A stretch of 63,726 bases of DNA, filler included, from Lenisia limosa (Eukaryota; Protista; Breviatea), in NCBI GenBank assembly GCA_001655205.1. It is 9 parts of 9 records of this genome, joined end to end, with 100 filler letters (N's around TTAATTAATTAA, not from the genome) between each part and the next. Parts side by side here need not be neighbours in the genome. Positions count along the whole stretch, not along the records: positions 21,295 to 28,936 come from LPNZ01009693.1; positions 29,037 to 40,259 come from LPNZ01010667.1; 7 more parts are not named here. The stretch is one strand, 5' to 3'. Both the position numbers and the translations under genes were made by a program. Position 1 is the first letter of the stretch, and the number at the start of each line of letters is the position of its first letter. The notes beneath the pieces were generated by a model. That model saw only the letters and a program-made list of their open reading frames with translations. It searched no databases and had not been told where the DNA came from. This document shows positions 25,991 to 39,555 of the stretch, piece by piece.

Positions 25991-27097
25991 GTGGGGAGGT
26001 GAAACAAAAAAAAAACCCAAATCAACATTGTCGGCTGATAACAAGGGTTGAACGTAAAACGAAGGAAATTTCGAAAATAATCTGAAACTCCAACAAAAAA
26101 ACCAAAAAAAAAACCAAACAAATAAGCTAAACTTGAAAAAACCCAATAACACAAACACATACAAAGAAAAATAAACAATTGAAGAACAAAAAACCCAGAA
26201 TCTGTTATCTACCAAAAACAAATAAAACAATTTCACAAATTCAAAGGTGGCAACTTCCTAATAATATATACAGTGTCCCAGCACTGCATATTGAGATGAG
26301 AACATAAACCATTATAAGAGATATTGGACTATTGTATAATATCAATTCACCATAATAATGCGCTAACCTTAGCCTTCTTTGAACAGCTTTTTTGAAAACT
26401 GACTTTAGAGATCTTCTCCAGCGTACCCAAAAAAGCCTTACTTACTTCCCCCCGTAGTTGTATTCCTCCAAGAACAGTTTGATGATCTTGTTCGCAATTA
26501 CGGATAAATACTATTCTCCTTACTCCCTCCTCTTTTTAACTTCGTATAGCTAAATAAAGTCTGGAACAGTGGAAAAGGCAAAAAAGGGGGCAAAACAGGC
26601 AACTCTTGCCCCGGCTGCTTTCTTGTACCCCCAGGTTAATTACCAGCAAAAACGTAAATAAAATGAAGAAAGGCAAGCAGAGCAAAATTTTATAAAATTT
26701 AAATAATAATATATATATATATAAGCTGAAAGTGAAGAGAGCAAGTCAAGATTGACGATCCCGAAAATGCAGCTCTCATTTACCTCCATCTGCGCTTCTG
26801 CGTACTTGTTTTTAATGTATGCCAAATAGCAAGTGCTGTTATGGTTGCAATTCCCCCGATTTTTTAATACTATTAGGATCTTCACCTCAGTCTTGTCCAT
26901 CCAAGGTTGGTGTTGAAACAAAATTCGAAATATTCAACTCATATTCCATAAGGTCTTTTTGACTAGTAAGTCAATCATATCTTGGATATTGGACAACAAT
27001 TCTACTCGGAAGTCATATCAACAAATATTAGGATGATGATGGGGACTGTTTGAGCTCTGTGTTATTTAAATTCGATATCTTTAGCTCTTATTTCTAG

Positions 27098-27222
27098 AGC
27101 TCCGTGCAATTAATTGAAAACTAATTTAAACATTTGAAGTCGGACATATTATAACGAGAACCCCTTTTCAGACAATTTAATTTTGTCAATGAATTTCCTC
27201 AAAAAATTAATTGCACGGAGCT
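27098..27222. mobile_element. MITE-D, 125 bp, 18-bp TIR and perfect 9-bp TSD (Mutator-type)
   Basis: AGCTCCGTGCAATTAATT..AATTAATTGCACGGAGCT flanked by TATTTCTAG twice. Degenerate relative at ~49027-49158. Confidence 0.88.
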
Positions 27223-27273
27223 TATTTCTAGGAGTGCCACTCAGCAGCGTTACGTTTGTTGACCAATAATATC

Positions 27274-27373
27274 TTGGGCTTCACTTCGGTTCGAAAAAAA
27301 CCAGTAAACTTTCAATAGTTTTCGAGGATTTATCGAGAAATTTAGTCTTTTTTTGAACCGAAGTGAAGCCCTA
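27274..27373. mobile_element. MITE-A copy (100 bp), perfect 8-bp TSD ATAATATC
   Basis: TSD at 27266-27273 and 27374-27381. Confidence 0.93.
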
Positions 27374-27559
27374 ATAATATCCATTCGTGGTAGGACTTTC
27401 AAGTTGAATTATCCATGAATGATATGACCACATGATTGACTTTCGAGTTGAAATGATGAAGATACACGGGGGTTCATAAAGAGGGTTTCACCCCCCCCCC
27501 CCCNNNNNNNNNNNNNNNNNNNNNNNNNNNNNNNNNNNNNNNNNNNNNNNNNNNNNNNN

Positions 27560-28936
27560 GGAAACGGGGATGTTGACTATCTGGCTGCACCCCCCCAGGT
27601 TGGAATTTATATTTTCATCTTTACAGTAGGGTTTCAAATGGGAAAGATATCTCTGATAGCAGATCAATTATTGAATTAAGAACGCAATTTAGAATACATA
27701 TCACCAGCTCAGAATTTTAGCATCAATTCAGGCATTTACCCTCAATTATTTAGGACATTACACATCTGTTGGGGTCTTCCGAAGCGATTGAGCATATTAG
27801 TGCGCGAACAAATGGCATGATTGCCGTGTCAAGTGGTCTGGGGGTAAAATTAGAGAGAAAAAACTGTATGATATGTATATGTACAAGTATATCATATATT
27901 ATACTACATGTATATCATATTATATAAATGAACAAGAGAAATAATAGAAGTCTTGGGAAACAAGAATACCAGAATAAACAAATTTAAATTTTATGATAAA
28001 TACAAGTACAATAACAACTCTCTGTAACACAATAACAACTCTCTGCAGCACAATAAACAAAGCCTAGACCAGTCGCTTCTGGTGGGATTGTGTGGAGGGA
28101 AAGGGGAGGTTAATGATGGGCATAAAAGGGATGAGGGATTTGAACCTGAGTTATTTTATTTGTGACTTTTTTAGAATCACGGGTATTTTCTTGGGGGGCC
28201 AATAGCCACGGAGAAGTCGGAAACGGAGCCGAATCAACTCTCGAACTGAACCCCGTCGAAATTACGCACAACCTCCCGATCACGCCAATTGTCGCGATTG
28301 ATGCACGTGATCATGTGACCCTCATTATTTTCGGTCTGGCCAGCCACCATGTATTAATTGTTATTTTCATCATTATCATTATGATTATGTTGGGTGAATT
28401 CATATTATACGATAATTCAATATCTTTTAAGCGTGATGGTGTGGANNNNNNNNNNNNNNNNNNNNNNNNNNNNNNNNNNNNNNNNNNNNNNNCTATTTTT
28501 TATTTCTCATTGCTATATATGATTTTGATTATTATTTTGTGGATGGCTTTGGCCAGATACCACCCCATCCAAGCCTAATTTACCTCATATCCTCATCATT
28601 CAGATGACGGAACCATTTTTTCCTGGGGCTACGGCATGTTCTACGAGCATCTTCAGCCGAAAAATGAGAAATACGTTGTTCCCACCAAGGTTTGTGCAGT
28701 AGTGTCATTTGGCAAAAAATGACTGGATTCTTGATAACTTACTATCGGAGACCACGCTAATTATCACCCAATTAATTATCCATAGGATCAGCTCCTTACT
28801 ATCGACGCTAATTATCCCCGTATTATATATATACTATATCTAGATATATATATATATATATATTATATGCATATCATAATTCTCCATAGGTTCAACTCCC
28901 GGCCGGATCACGTGCCGTATTTATCAGGCGCCTCTT
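27560..28936 (+). CDS. RCC1-repeat protein fragment
   Basis: RVFSWGANSHGEVGNGAESTLELNPVEI..IVAIDARDHVTLII|DDGTIFSWGYG..VVPTK|VQLP. Bounded by gaps. Confidence 0.75.
28385..28520 (+). repeat. Repeat family B, in RCC1-gene intron (partly N)
   Basis: TGGGTGAATT..AATATC..AAGCGTGATGGTGTGGA..TATTTCTCATTGCTATATA. Confidence 0.85.
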
Positions 28937-29036
28937 NNNNNNNNNNNNNNNNNNNNNNNNNNNNNNNNNNNNNNNNNNNNTTAATTAATTAANNNNNNNN
29001 NNNNNNNNNNNNNNNNNNNNNNNNNNNNNNNNNNNN

Positions 29037-30265
29037 TGTGGCTTTCCAAAATTTTATCGTATTCATTTAGAATCAACGGAGTTCCTATTTTCATACCTGT
29101 TGGGCACACATTGTCTACCTTTTATTCATTACCACCCAATGCTCAGACATTAATGTAAGATTTAGTAGGACTGAGTATTCACCAACTGAAATCTATTTAA
29201 TTATGAAACTTAAAGAGGTGGCTGAGGAATATGGTTTACAAATGGCTGTCTGTGCTGCTGCTTCGTTTTGCGTTGCCAAAACTTGGAATCATTGTTTGGA
29301 TCGCGTTAACAATGCAACGGAGACTAACAGCTACTATGGAATTGCGGAGTCAATTGTAATTTGTGTCGTTGATGAAAAACAGTCAACGTACTCCTCACAT
29401 ATCAGGGCTGCTGTGTATGCTCTTTATGTTTTACAATCGTGATCTTTTTGACGCCTCATTCAGGTTAATGGAGGTTGATTATCTTTGTTAGTGTACAATA
29501 ACAATAACCCGTATGGTCGTGTCTTTAAAGAGATGCGCAATCCTTGTGTAACTGGATACTCTGAGTATATTAAAGAATCCGAAAAATCTAGGAATTTCAT
29601 TCATAACCTACACTGAATAACTCACGTCAGCGACCCCCCTCATTTCATTATTGCGTTTGTGTAATTATTTCATTTCCAAACCCCCAAAGGAGGAGTACAA
29701 ATGCGATGTGCAGGACATTGTTTACCCCCCTTGAGCACCAAGCACATTTAAAGAGCATGCTATCAAGCCAATGCGGAAAAGGTACGTGCCTATTCTTCTT
29801 TAATTGTGTTGTCAAAAAATGTTGCATCACATGTTGATTTCTTTCTTAATTTTTTATTTTGTTTGAGTTTCTTCCTTGACTATATGATATGATATATAGT
29901 TTCTTCATGATGCCACACCAATAGATATCTTTGATGCAATGGTAAAAACGCCGCTCCAAGATTTGGTAAGAGAATGTAACTTTGTAAATATTGTGCTCAA
30001 ACACCTTCAATTTGTAACATTTAGGCTCAACGACCCCTGGTCATTATGGTACAGCTCGGCGTCAACAGCCAGCTCTTTGTTTCCTTTCTTTATTGTGCAC
30101 TTTACCTCTCTGTGCTTCGATTTGGATCTGGTGGCCTCTCGCTTTTCTGCAATTGAGAAGCAGTTCCCAGTGACCAAAAAACCAACAAGAGAAATACGAA
30201 AAAGGAAGTATCTGGTCAAAAAACATCCCCAAATCATAGAAAGTAAAGACGAAAGTGTCGATTAA
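29037..30265. other. Coding-like region of unresolved strand (separate + strand gene or 3' half of the Y-family polymerase)
   Basis: Open frames and plausible splice donors exist on both strands. Confidence 0.35.
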
Positions 30266-30277
30266 TAATCTCTCATA

Positions 30278-33200
30278 CCGATATATGGGATATCTTTGAG
30301 ACGAGAGTGACGTAGCAGAAGTGAGGCTGACTAATATGTTAGGTAAGAGAAATAATATGAGAGCACCCATAGGATTGATTCTCAAAAAGAAAGCAAAATG
30401 GGCTAAGTAACAATCTATTGGTAGAGCACAAAGATGATTTGACATTATAGGGTCGCAACAGCTCATCCAATGTATGGCATTTTTCTTTTGCGGAATGGAG
30501 ATAATACAAAATAGAGGTAGAAGACATACATCCCTCGCAGTACATTATCTTAAATAACAAAAAGAGGAAATCAAAATACACACTCCACCAACAGAAGGGG
30601 GCAAAACGGTCAAACCGAGGGGTTTGTGGAAGTTAGAAGCCTAAAGAGATGAGTGTCTAAGACTAACAAAAATCGGCTGATATTTCCGCCAAATTGAAGC
30701 CCCCCCCCCTAAACCATTTTGGCCGTTGTTTTGTTGTACGACACTCCAATACTACAGGTGAATTTCAACTTCTTTTGCATTTCATCCTAAAAAAATAAGA
30801 TAACGACAAGAAAAATAATAAATGTTGCTGCCAGAGCAAAGCCCTCATTGTACCTGAATTTCCTTTGCGATAACAGCAGCGCCTTGGAGACGGAGGGAAA
30901 CAGAATCACTATCCTCTATGTCGTAATTGTTGTATTCCAAAAAAATATATACACCTATCATTATAATACTAGATACATATTATAGGATACAATACACTAC
31001 ATGTGTGTATCAGCAAAAAAAGGTATTATATATGAAAATCAACAGTTAACTAATAAGAATGTTCAATAAAACAATTATGGCAAATAAAAATTCGAAGTAC
31101 TGTCTACTCACCTGCTGCATTTGGTGGATTAGCGGGGATAGTTTCCTAAAACAATCAGATATTATCTCAAAAATATCCAACAAGCCATAAAAGCCTTTCT
31201 CATGATGCTACCAACAAAAGCCCCATTTGCGGAATACAAATTCGAAATGAAGCCCTCAGTGGTATCATCATCATACCGATTCATTATGGTTAAGTCTCCT
31301 CCAAATGGCGTCTTTGTCCATCCACTAGGGGGGGGGGNNNNNNNNNNNNNNNNNNNNNNNNNNNNNNNNNNNNNNNNNNNNNNNNNNNNNNNNNNNNNNN
31401 NNNNNNNNNNNNNNNNNNNNNNNNNNNNNNNNNNNNNNNNNNNNNNNNNNNNNNNNNNNNNNNNNNNNNNNNNNNNNNNNNNNNNNNNNNNNNNNNNNNN
31501 NNNNNNNNNNNNNNNNNNNNNCTACTATAAAGTCATTTTCCCCGTTATTTTCGAAAGTAATTTCAGTCATAATCACAGGATAGAATGCGATGTTTACATG
31601 TTCTTGGTTCAAACCCAAATTAAGTCACTTGGCTACTCGTTTGCGGCCCTTAAACTGCCACAAACAACCAAAACCGTGATAATCGGCTACATTCAAGGAA
31701 TAAATGGCAACTATCCAGGAAAGTTTGACCTTGTAGAAAGCACTATTTTGAACATTTTTCTCTCAAAATTCAACATCACATAGCCAAAGCAAGAAGGAAT
31801 CCAGAACCAATTACTCCGAGTGGTGCAAATTTTTGTTTCTTAACACTAAAAGAGAAATAGATTTAGAAAAAAATCCCGTGAAAAGGCAAAAGGGGCCACC
31901 CCCGGGAGACCAAATTCACGGATTTTTGGCACTTGCTCAAAATTGAAAAAAAAAAAAGTTGGGGAACATTAACAGGTCATTTTCTCTTTTTTCTGTCGAA
32001 CCAGTTTTGTATTAAATACTACCGTTGACCCAAACAAGGGGTCAACTTCAAGCTGTCCGGGAGTTTTGATGTGTCTGATGAATTTTGAATGCTGTCCGGA
32101 GCTTTGAGGACCCACATATAGTCTTTCAGGAATCCATAATCCTTTTATCAGAAGCATGCTTACCATCGCCGTTGACTCAAGATCGTTGTTTTTAACTCTC
32201 TCATCAGCCGCCATTGTCACGTCAACTGAAACCCAGTTATGATACAGTCTATCATATGTACTATATTACATGTTTATATCATCTATATGATGGTCTATGT
32301 TATATTATAGTATATAATATGATATACTATATGTATATAATTATATAAATATCATATATACTACACAATATATTAAGATAGAGTGGGGAAGAGTAGATTG
32401 AAAAGAATGACACCGTCGAAAGGGAGGCTCATTGTAACATGTTTACGGTGCAATAATGAGTGGAATCATAAGAGTGGTCTACTGTATTTAATGCAAGAGT
32501 GTGGCTCAGGGTGAAACACTCAAATTATAGAACCAGAGGAACAAAAAAGACAGAGTCGCAACTATAACTAAAACACTACACATGACTGTAGCATTGAAAG
32601 TAAAATACTCCAACTAATTCCCCACCCACTGTAAAACTCATCAATGGAGCCTTTTTCAACGACAGCACACGCAGGATGTGCCTGAAAAGGCATAATTAGA
32701 ACATCATTCCGGTCAAAAAGACATAATATCATGAATAATATACGAATGCTCAATAAATTCTTTTGTTTTTGAGGAACATTGAATGCAAAAGAGAAGAGAA
32801 CAAGAAGAACAACAAACGGCTCTACCCTCAAGGGCAACCTTAATCAGCTCGTGGATGGCATGACAGGCATTCCGGTAGCGAGGCATAAAAGACTGAATGC
32901 AGACCAGGTCAGGACACACGGCCTTTGCCTCGGCCTAAAATAAAATTAAAAAAAAACCGTCAAGTTAAAGTGCATTGTCATGTTGCTTTCGATGATTGTA
33001 GACAATAATTGTACAACGAATAAATATACTACGTGTCAAACAGAGTTAAAACTCATTAATATTCTTTAAGGCTCTATTTCAATCTTCCCCAATCTTTAAT
33101 AATCAAACCGGAAAAACCAAATATAGCCAATTTAATAAAAAGCCACCGCAACACCCACTATAGAACACATTTTCTTGACTCCTCTACCTCTGGCAACGTA

Positions 33201-33600
33201 GTTTGTAGTCGTAACGGCAGTCTAGACGGGAATGGAAATGTGAAGAGCAAAAAAGACAATAGTACTCATTTGATTAAGCTCATATTGGCTGAATCATTAT
33301 ATACTGCTCATCACGTTTCGGGGATGGGAGATATAGTATAGTATATTATATTAAAAAATAGCATTGTGCTTTTTGAAGAAAAATCAATCATACCTGTTGT
33401 AACACTGCAATAGGCTTGCCAACAAGATTATCATAATCACGGTTAAGCTCCACTGAATTTGTTAGATCCGTTCACGTTGGAGTGGCAATTTGCCATCGAC
33501 CCCCCCCCCTTCCCATACAAACCTTGTGCATAAAAGGCATCCAAGTCCAAGAGCAGAATAGCGCGTCTGGTTCCTATTTCTGTGAGCAGAGATTCAGGGG
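30278..33600 (-). CDS. Y-family translesion DNA polymerase (eta/iota-like); 3' end unresolved
   Basis: RAILLLDLDAFYAQ; GKPIAVLQQ; TTNYVAR; EAKAVCPDLVCI..RYRNAC; VEKGSIDEFY; LRLQGAAVIAKEIQ; FTCSIGVSYNKTTAKM|ASNFHKPLG; LKDIPYIG. Confidence 0.88.
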
Positions 33601-33694
33601 ATAAATAACAAGAAAAAAAACATATAATACTGTACATGTACTGTATGTGTTGCCTAGACTGTATTAATCAGTTGCGTTTGATGGCTGATATATA

Positions 33695-35300
33695 TCAGAA
33701 CACTTCAAGAATACTCCAGTTCTCATAAATACAAAACAGGTTTTGTTTTATCATACGATTTCCATATTTGAACTGAAGCCAACTGTACAACATCGATTCC
33801 CCCATACCAGTGACACTTTGAGGAAGTGTGCCCGAAGGCAGCGTATCTTCATATCCTTTCTCCTCTTTTGAAGGAAGCGGTACTCCTCTGCTATCGTATT
33901 GAAAATCTGCATCATCAACCTTCTCAATTCCAATATCCCCATCTTGAATGGAAGAAATGCAAGCTTCAATTGTGACATCATCAATGATAGTCTCATTATA
34001 ATCCCTCTCTGTTGTCGTGCTTTCAACAAGCGCTATCTCCTCATTTTCTTCTTTCTCAATTTCCACTTCTTCCTTAACTGCATCTTCATCTTCTTCTCGT
34101 TCCTCCTTCTCCTCCTCTCCGCTATCCTTCACAATAGCTTCAGAGAGTATAGGAACACCATGTTTCACTTGGCAGGCTGAAGAGTTAAACATTATTGCAA
34201 GAGGGACTTAAGAACAAACGAAGTGTCTTCTAAAAAATCCGGTTTTATTTCATCTGGAAGTAAAGCACTGGCTATAAAATTGTAATTGCTTAATTATATC
34301 ACATTTTCCACCAGCTGTTAAGTAATTAGCGCAGACCTGGTGCAGGTGAAGCCATGTCAGCATCAAGATCAAGAAATGGCACGACTGGCGGGTCAGCACG
34401 TGGTGGTGTCTCCGGACTATCATAGCCAATTACAACGTCTAAAACAGTGACATCCATTGTGGTGGAGGGGGATTAAAATTGAAGAAAAAACAAGACAGAA
34501 AAAATCAACTCTGTTTAAAACATTTGAAAATCAAAATATCGAGCAGTCTTGAGATAATATGTAGTTAAATAAACAGAAGAGGTTACCTTGGCTGAGAGGG
34601 GGTCCAAACATGCTCCCCCTAGAGTTATTATTGTCTTATTGAGAAGAATATGTCAAATGTCTGTTACAAATATTATCACTGTAAGGCGAAATGAAATCAA
34701 ATTATAGGAGGCATACATCATACATCAGGGGCGGAATACATAACGGCAAGTTGTCCATTAAGCCTCCCCCCCCCCCAAACCAACGAGTTAGACTGCCCAA
34801 ATGCACAGTCTANNNNNNNNNNNNNNNNNNNNNNNNNAACGAGTTAGACTGCCCAAATGCACAGTCTAGAATGGGCATCAATTCTTCACATTATTGTCAA
34901 CTAAAAGAGTGAACCATCAAGCTAATCGGGTATATATTTTCGGGAGTAGATCTTTTTTTACAATAAAGTTCCTATTGAAACTATGGTCAGAAAGATCGAG
35001 TTGGGATACAAAGAAAACACTCACAACGGCAAAGGCCAGGAAACCTACTTAAAAAAATACGGGAACACACGAAACAAAAACTGCCCAATTTTGCAATGAA
35101 ATTGAAAACAAGGAGGATTGAAACGATAACAGTTCTGGGATAGAAGAAGTGAACTGTGCTACTTGGTCACCAAAGGTCCTGAGCACTACGTAGGACCGAC
35201 TATAATAATAAATTTCACAGTGGGTGAGTTCAAGGCAGTGCAAGCAGGCAAGCAGTGCAAGCAGTGCAACTGGCTGGTGCGAGATGCGGGTGGTCAGGGT
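33695..35300 (-). CDS. Hypothetical protein with long acidic C-terminal exon
   Basis: ~500-nt open exon (EEEKEEREEDEDAVKEEVEIEKEE..) plus upstream exons (DVVIGYDSPETPPRADPP; LRTFGDQVAQFTSSIPE). Start not resolved. Confidence 0.5.
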
Positions 35301-35450
35301 GGAGTTTATTTGAGTAGGAGAGAGGTATAGATACTACATGCAGATACTATATAGGGGCTTTTTCTATTTCTTTTTACGCGATATGTTCAGAAATATTGAA
35401 ATAATGAGTTATAATTATTATATTTAGTCACAGAATAGACATTATTGACA

Positions 35451-38400
35451 ATGGAGTCTGATGATAGCGATCGACATCGCCTTCAAGCCGCTGTCTATCA
35501 CGTCAATAAAGAACCACTTCAGAATTCATTCACTTCACAGAAGAGAAACCTCGCTGGCATCGATGGGGCTGGCTGGCTGAAAAGTCCACCTTCTCATGGA
35601 CGGACTAACGTCTATGCTTCAGAACCAAGCGATTATATGGATAGCAGTAATGAGAATCTATTAAGATCGCTGGACGTTCTACTTTGGAAAGATGATGTTT
35701 GTGGGGGAAGAATGTTGAGATGGGGTTTTTTTTGAATTAGCCACATTTTAACAACTTCATGAGCTTATATCATTTTCGGGTAGCATACGCTGAGGGGTAT
35801 TCGGTTCACTACCCCATTCCATCGTTGCCGCGGCAATATGCTAGAAACTCCCGTTATAATGGTGTCAATACACTAATACAAGCAGGAGAACCAGTCAGCC
35901 TCGAACAGCGCTCTCACCACGTCGATGATTCTTCTCAGTCTCCACAGTGTTCTGCTTCTGATGGACACAGTCCACCTTTTTGAAAGTTCCTCGGAAGCAA
36001 TCCTTAGATTTTTGATTGTTCTGTCCTGCGCAACCCAGGTTTGTGGCAGTTGCTTTGTCACACCTTAGAGCCTCGCCGCCTCTTCTGTAACGCCAAGTAT
36101 GGTGATGTCAATGGGAAGCTCCTTTCCAGGCAGCCAAACGCCAAAAACTCTCCAGAGTCGCCAGATCTCAAAGTCGGGTAGTTGAGATCAACCGAACGCT
36201 AGAACTGCTGCTGTTCAACCATGTTCTTACTGTTTTAGGGATCCGCTATTCCAACTCAAGAGCAAACGTTGGAGGAAGCTTGGGTTATATTGTCAAACCT
36301 GTGTTATTGGGGTTTTTTTTTGTTGTTGTGTTTGATCGTGCATAACCTGTTTCAAGGACAGACGAATGCCATTTTAGTCCCAATTATCACTAAATCCTTC
36401 TATTTAGAATCAAATATCGGAGGGCTCAGTCAGACTAAGCTTTACCTGGTGACAGCGTGTGCCTCTGTGCGAGCTGTTGCAATACGTAGGAGAGGATATC
36501 CTCAATGGGCACATCTTAATGAAAGGATTTGATGTTTCTGATACAGTCCTTTGAGTATTGCTTGGAGTTTATCCGCTCTTGACGCTTACAGCATCACTGC
36601 TTGTGACACGACACAACAGCTCACCTTATGACAAGTTGGCTCATTATTTTTGCTTATTGACCAAACTAATAACATTCGTTGATGATGCATGCGGCTATGT
36701 AGTACATAGGGCTTCATATTTTACCCCGTGTTTTTCGAACCGAAATGAAGCTCTAGTAGTGCAGCTCACATTTTAGTTTTGAATTCGACATCCAGTTGAC
36801 GCTGGCCTTGTGTTCCACCTTTATTTTCTTTACTGTAGCTGGTGAGCTGGCTCCATTCTCTTGAGTCCACAAAATAATGCTCTTTTGCTATTTCTCATTT
36901 CCACACGCTTCTCCCATCAACTGATCATTTAATAACAAGTTCTTCTCTACGGTCTTAAAAAGATCGAATTTCTATTATTCCCTGTCTTTTTCGGACCGTT
37001 TAATGACACCTCTTATACTCCAGCGACTGGCCTGCCTCCGCGATTCTCAATCCCGGTTGTATTGGTTCAAATCGGTGTTCTGATGATGGCCCTCCTCTTT
37101 ATAGGCGAAGTCAAATTTGCCGCGGCAATGCTGATGGTCCTTCTTCCCATTCGTACGCTCTTGGGGTTGCTTTTTCATTCACTTTTCTGTTTTCTGTTTG
37201 CCACACCACTCCTTATTATTGATGCTCTTTTTTTGAAAAGGGGGAAACTATTTCTTATGCTCCAGTTTTTGTGTCATCTTTCACGGTACGAAAACAACGT
37301 ATACATCGCCAACGGGCCTTGAAACACAGGCGACGAGCCCATATTGAATCTGCCCGAGTGAAATCGTTTGTAGGGATGTAGTTTTTCTGACTTTTTGTCA
37401 ATATCGTTTCCAGCAATGTTGTTACTGACCAAATTTTTTTTCATCCATGGTTCTATTCTTATACCCCCCAAAAAGACCATGCCCCTGCTGAACTTCTTTG
37501 ATAATTCCTCCAGACTTGTTGAGCACCACCTCCCCCCGCTTGCCGTCTCAGCTCTTCGCTACAACCAGCAAATTGTTCACTTTGAGAGCGAGAGCGCATC
37601 TGTTGTTNNNNNNNNNNNNNNNNNNNNNNNNNNNNNNNNNNNNNTACTGCTCCAACTTTGATTAATATCAAGGATTTTATTTTATTATAGTTTATTTTTT
37701 ATTGTATTTTTTTCATACTGATTAGCCCGGAGAAACGCTGGAATGGCTCCTCTATTCCTCTCCAGGAGAGGTTTCGAAACTGCTTGCTGATACCTACCAA
37801 GCCTGGGATAGGTAGGAAGAAGGAGTGGATTAACTGATGGGGAAATGGGTGTGTATTGTGTGTTCTGTTTTTTTTTTTTTTTTCATAACCATCTAGTGTT
37901 GTAAGAATGACAAACTCGTGCACAACAATTGACCATCTCACTGACGTCTATTTGGTAGGCTCATCCTCCGCCTTTTGTTTTAAAATTGTCGAGTTTTATT
38001 GAGGAATGCTTTTATTGAATAATGCAACCCCATATTTTGGCAAACCTCTCTGTATATCATAGTATATTTCCATTTTCATCACCCCTGGCCTGGGCTTTGT
38101 TTGTTTTGTTTTTATCAACCCTTGTGTGTTGTCAGCCAATAGAGTTGATTTGGGTTTTTTTTTTGTTTCATAAATTTTCCAATTTTACTCCCCCCCCCCC
38201 CAAGGTTGTTGTTGGAGTACCGGAATCGGTGACACTCCACGCACGAATTGCATGTCGGCTTGCTTTGGATTTCGCAGACAGTGTGAAGACTATCAATGGG
38301 CCAACTGAACCAGTACGAAGCTGTGTTTTTTTTTTGAAGAGTTACTCTAATGCAACTTTTTTATATTTCATTTCTATATTATATATAACACAAAGGGCTT

Positions 38401-39410
38401 CCCCATGGTCCGTGTCAACATTTATCAAGATTCATCGAGATATTTAGTCTTTTTTGGTACTAAAGGGAGGCCCTCATTACAATATTTACAAATATATTTT
38501 AATATCTACCAAGGCTTATGACTGGTATCTGATTCGAAGCATACCAATCAATGCATCTGATTATTTGTTAGGCCGGACTCCGACCGTCCATCTCGGTCGC
38601 CTCAAGCGCTCTAATTGGAGGCATCACTTGCTACTCTTCATTCCATTTCACGTTAGTGGTGAAATATCCTAATATTATTTACATATCGTAAACTATATAT
38701 ACTCTACGTATAGTTACCCTTTCGCTGGTTAGGTTGACTTTCAAGTGTTATGGGCGCCGCGCTAAAGGATGGACAGGATATCTTGACTTGGCCTGATAGT
38801 GAGTGGATATTTCCCAGGTTGCAAGTTTCCAACCTTTTGCTTATCCACCCAGGCCGAGGTAACATACTGGTCGCTGAATACACCCACAACTTACTCTACA
38901 ATTACGTGGGGTTGTCATGGACGCCAGTCGAACCGCCAAGCCCCGAGGGGAAGGTCTGAGGTTTTAATAAATACAAAATAGTACCCTTTTTTTTGCTTAG
39001 AGTCACCTTCTCTGGGGTTTTCATACGTTTTTTCAATTAATTAGTATAAAAACATGAATATGACGGGATTGGTTCTTTTACTATAATCGGATGCCAACCT
39101 TTTCATTTCCAAATCCACATTTCACCTTTACTAATGTATTCCAGAGATGCAATGCCTTCATCATGAGAGCCACGTCACTACTCCCTGCTAATATATCCAC
39201 CTCCCCTGCCGAAACAGGTGGGAATCCAGGGTAGCCAGCAAAGTTACTACATACATATTATGCTTCTTCTTTTTGTTGAATCGACTCTCACATTCTGATC
39301 CTTTTAGCCTCCAATGCCTCTGTTGCTTCGTCATCAATGCTACCCTTTACCATTCCTGTTATCCCAAATCCCTTGGTGGGCTGTTGTCCTCGCATTATAT
39401 GTGGTTTAGT
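35451..39410 (+). CDS. Multi-pass membrane class III nucleotidyl cyclase-like protein with degenerate active site
   Basis: Several hydrophobic exons, then RLVEHHLPPLAVSALRYNQQIVHFESESASVV (cf. LL.mLP..VA..L...E.f..vti), SPGEVSKLLADTYQAWDR, TIDHLTDVYL|VVVGVPESVTLHARIACRLALDF (cf. VETIGDAYMVVSGLP..HA..IA.MALD). Confidence 0.75.
36707..36755. mobile_element. MITE-A internally deleted copy
   Basis: TAGGGCTTCA..CGAACCGAAATGAAGCTCTA; TSD GTAGTACA / GTAGTGCA. Confidence 0.82.
38085..38204 (+). repeat. Repeat family E forming the intron 3' end in the cyclase gene
   Basis: CTGGGCTTTG..ATCAACCCTTGTGTGTTGTCAGCCAATAGAGTTGATTTGGG..GTTTCATAAATTTTCCAATTTTACTC(C)nAAG|exon. Confidence 0.88.
38393..38475. 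mobile_element. MITE-A diverged copy
   Basis: AAGGGCTTCCCC..ATCGAGATATTTAGTCTTTTTTGG..GGCCCTC. Confidence 0.68.
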
Positions 39411-39555
39411 ATCGGCATCATCTGAATTGGTGTAATACATGTACTTTTATTTGTCTTAAACAGAATTACTGTACGGCTCGTCTCTTTCATGATTTTTATT
39501 AACTGGGTGCAAAAGACATGCATATAATACAGTATGATATATGATAGTCTATGAT

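Noticed and set aside
26400-27050. Possible gene between PIGK and the RCC1 fragment
   Set aside because: Exon-like composition, but I could not fix strand or frame, so it is not annotated.
34779-34870. Direct repeat AACGAGTTAGACTGCCCAAATGCACAGTCTA on both sides of a short gap
   Set aside because: Typical unmerged overlap of contig ends.
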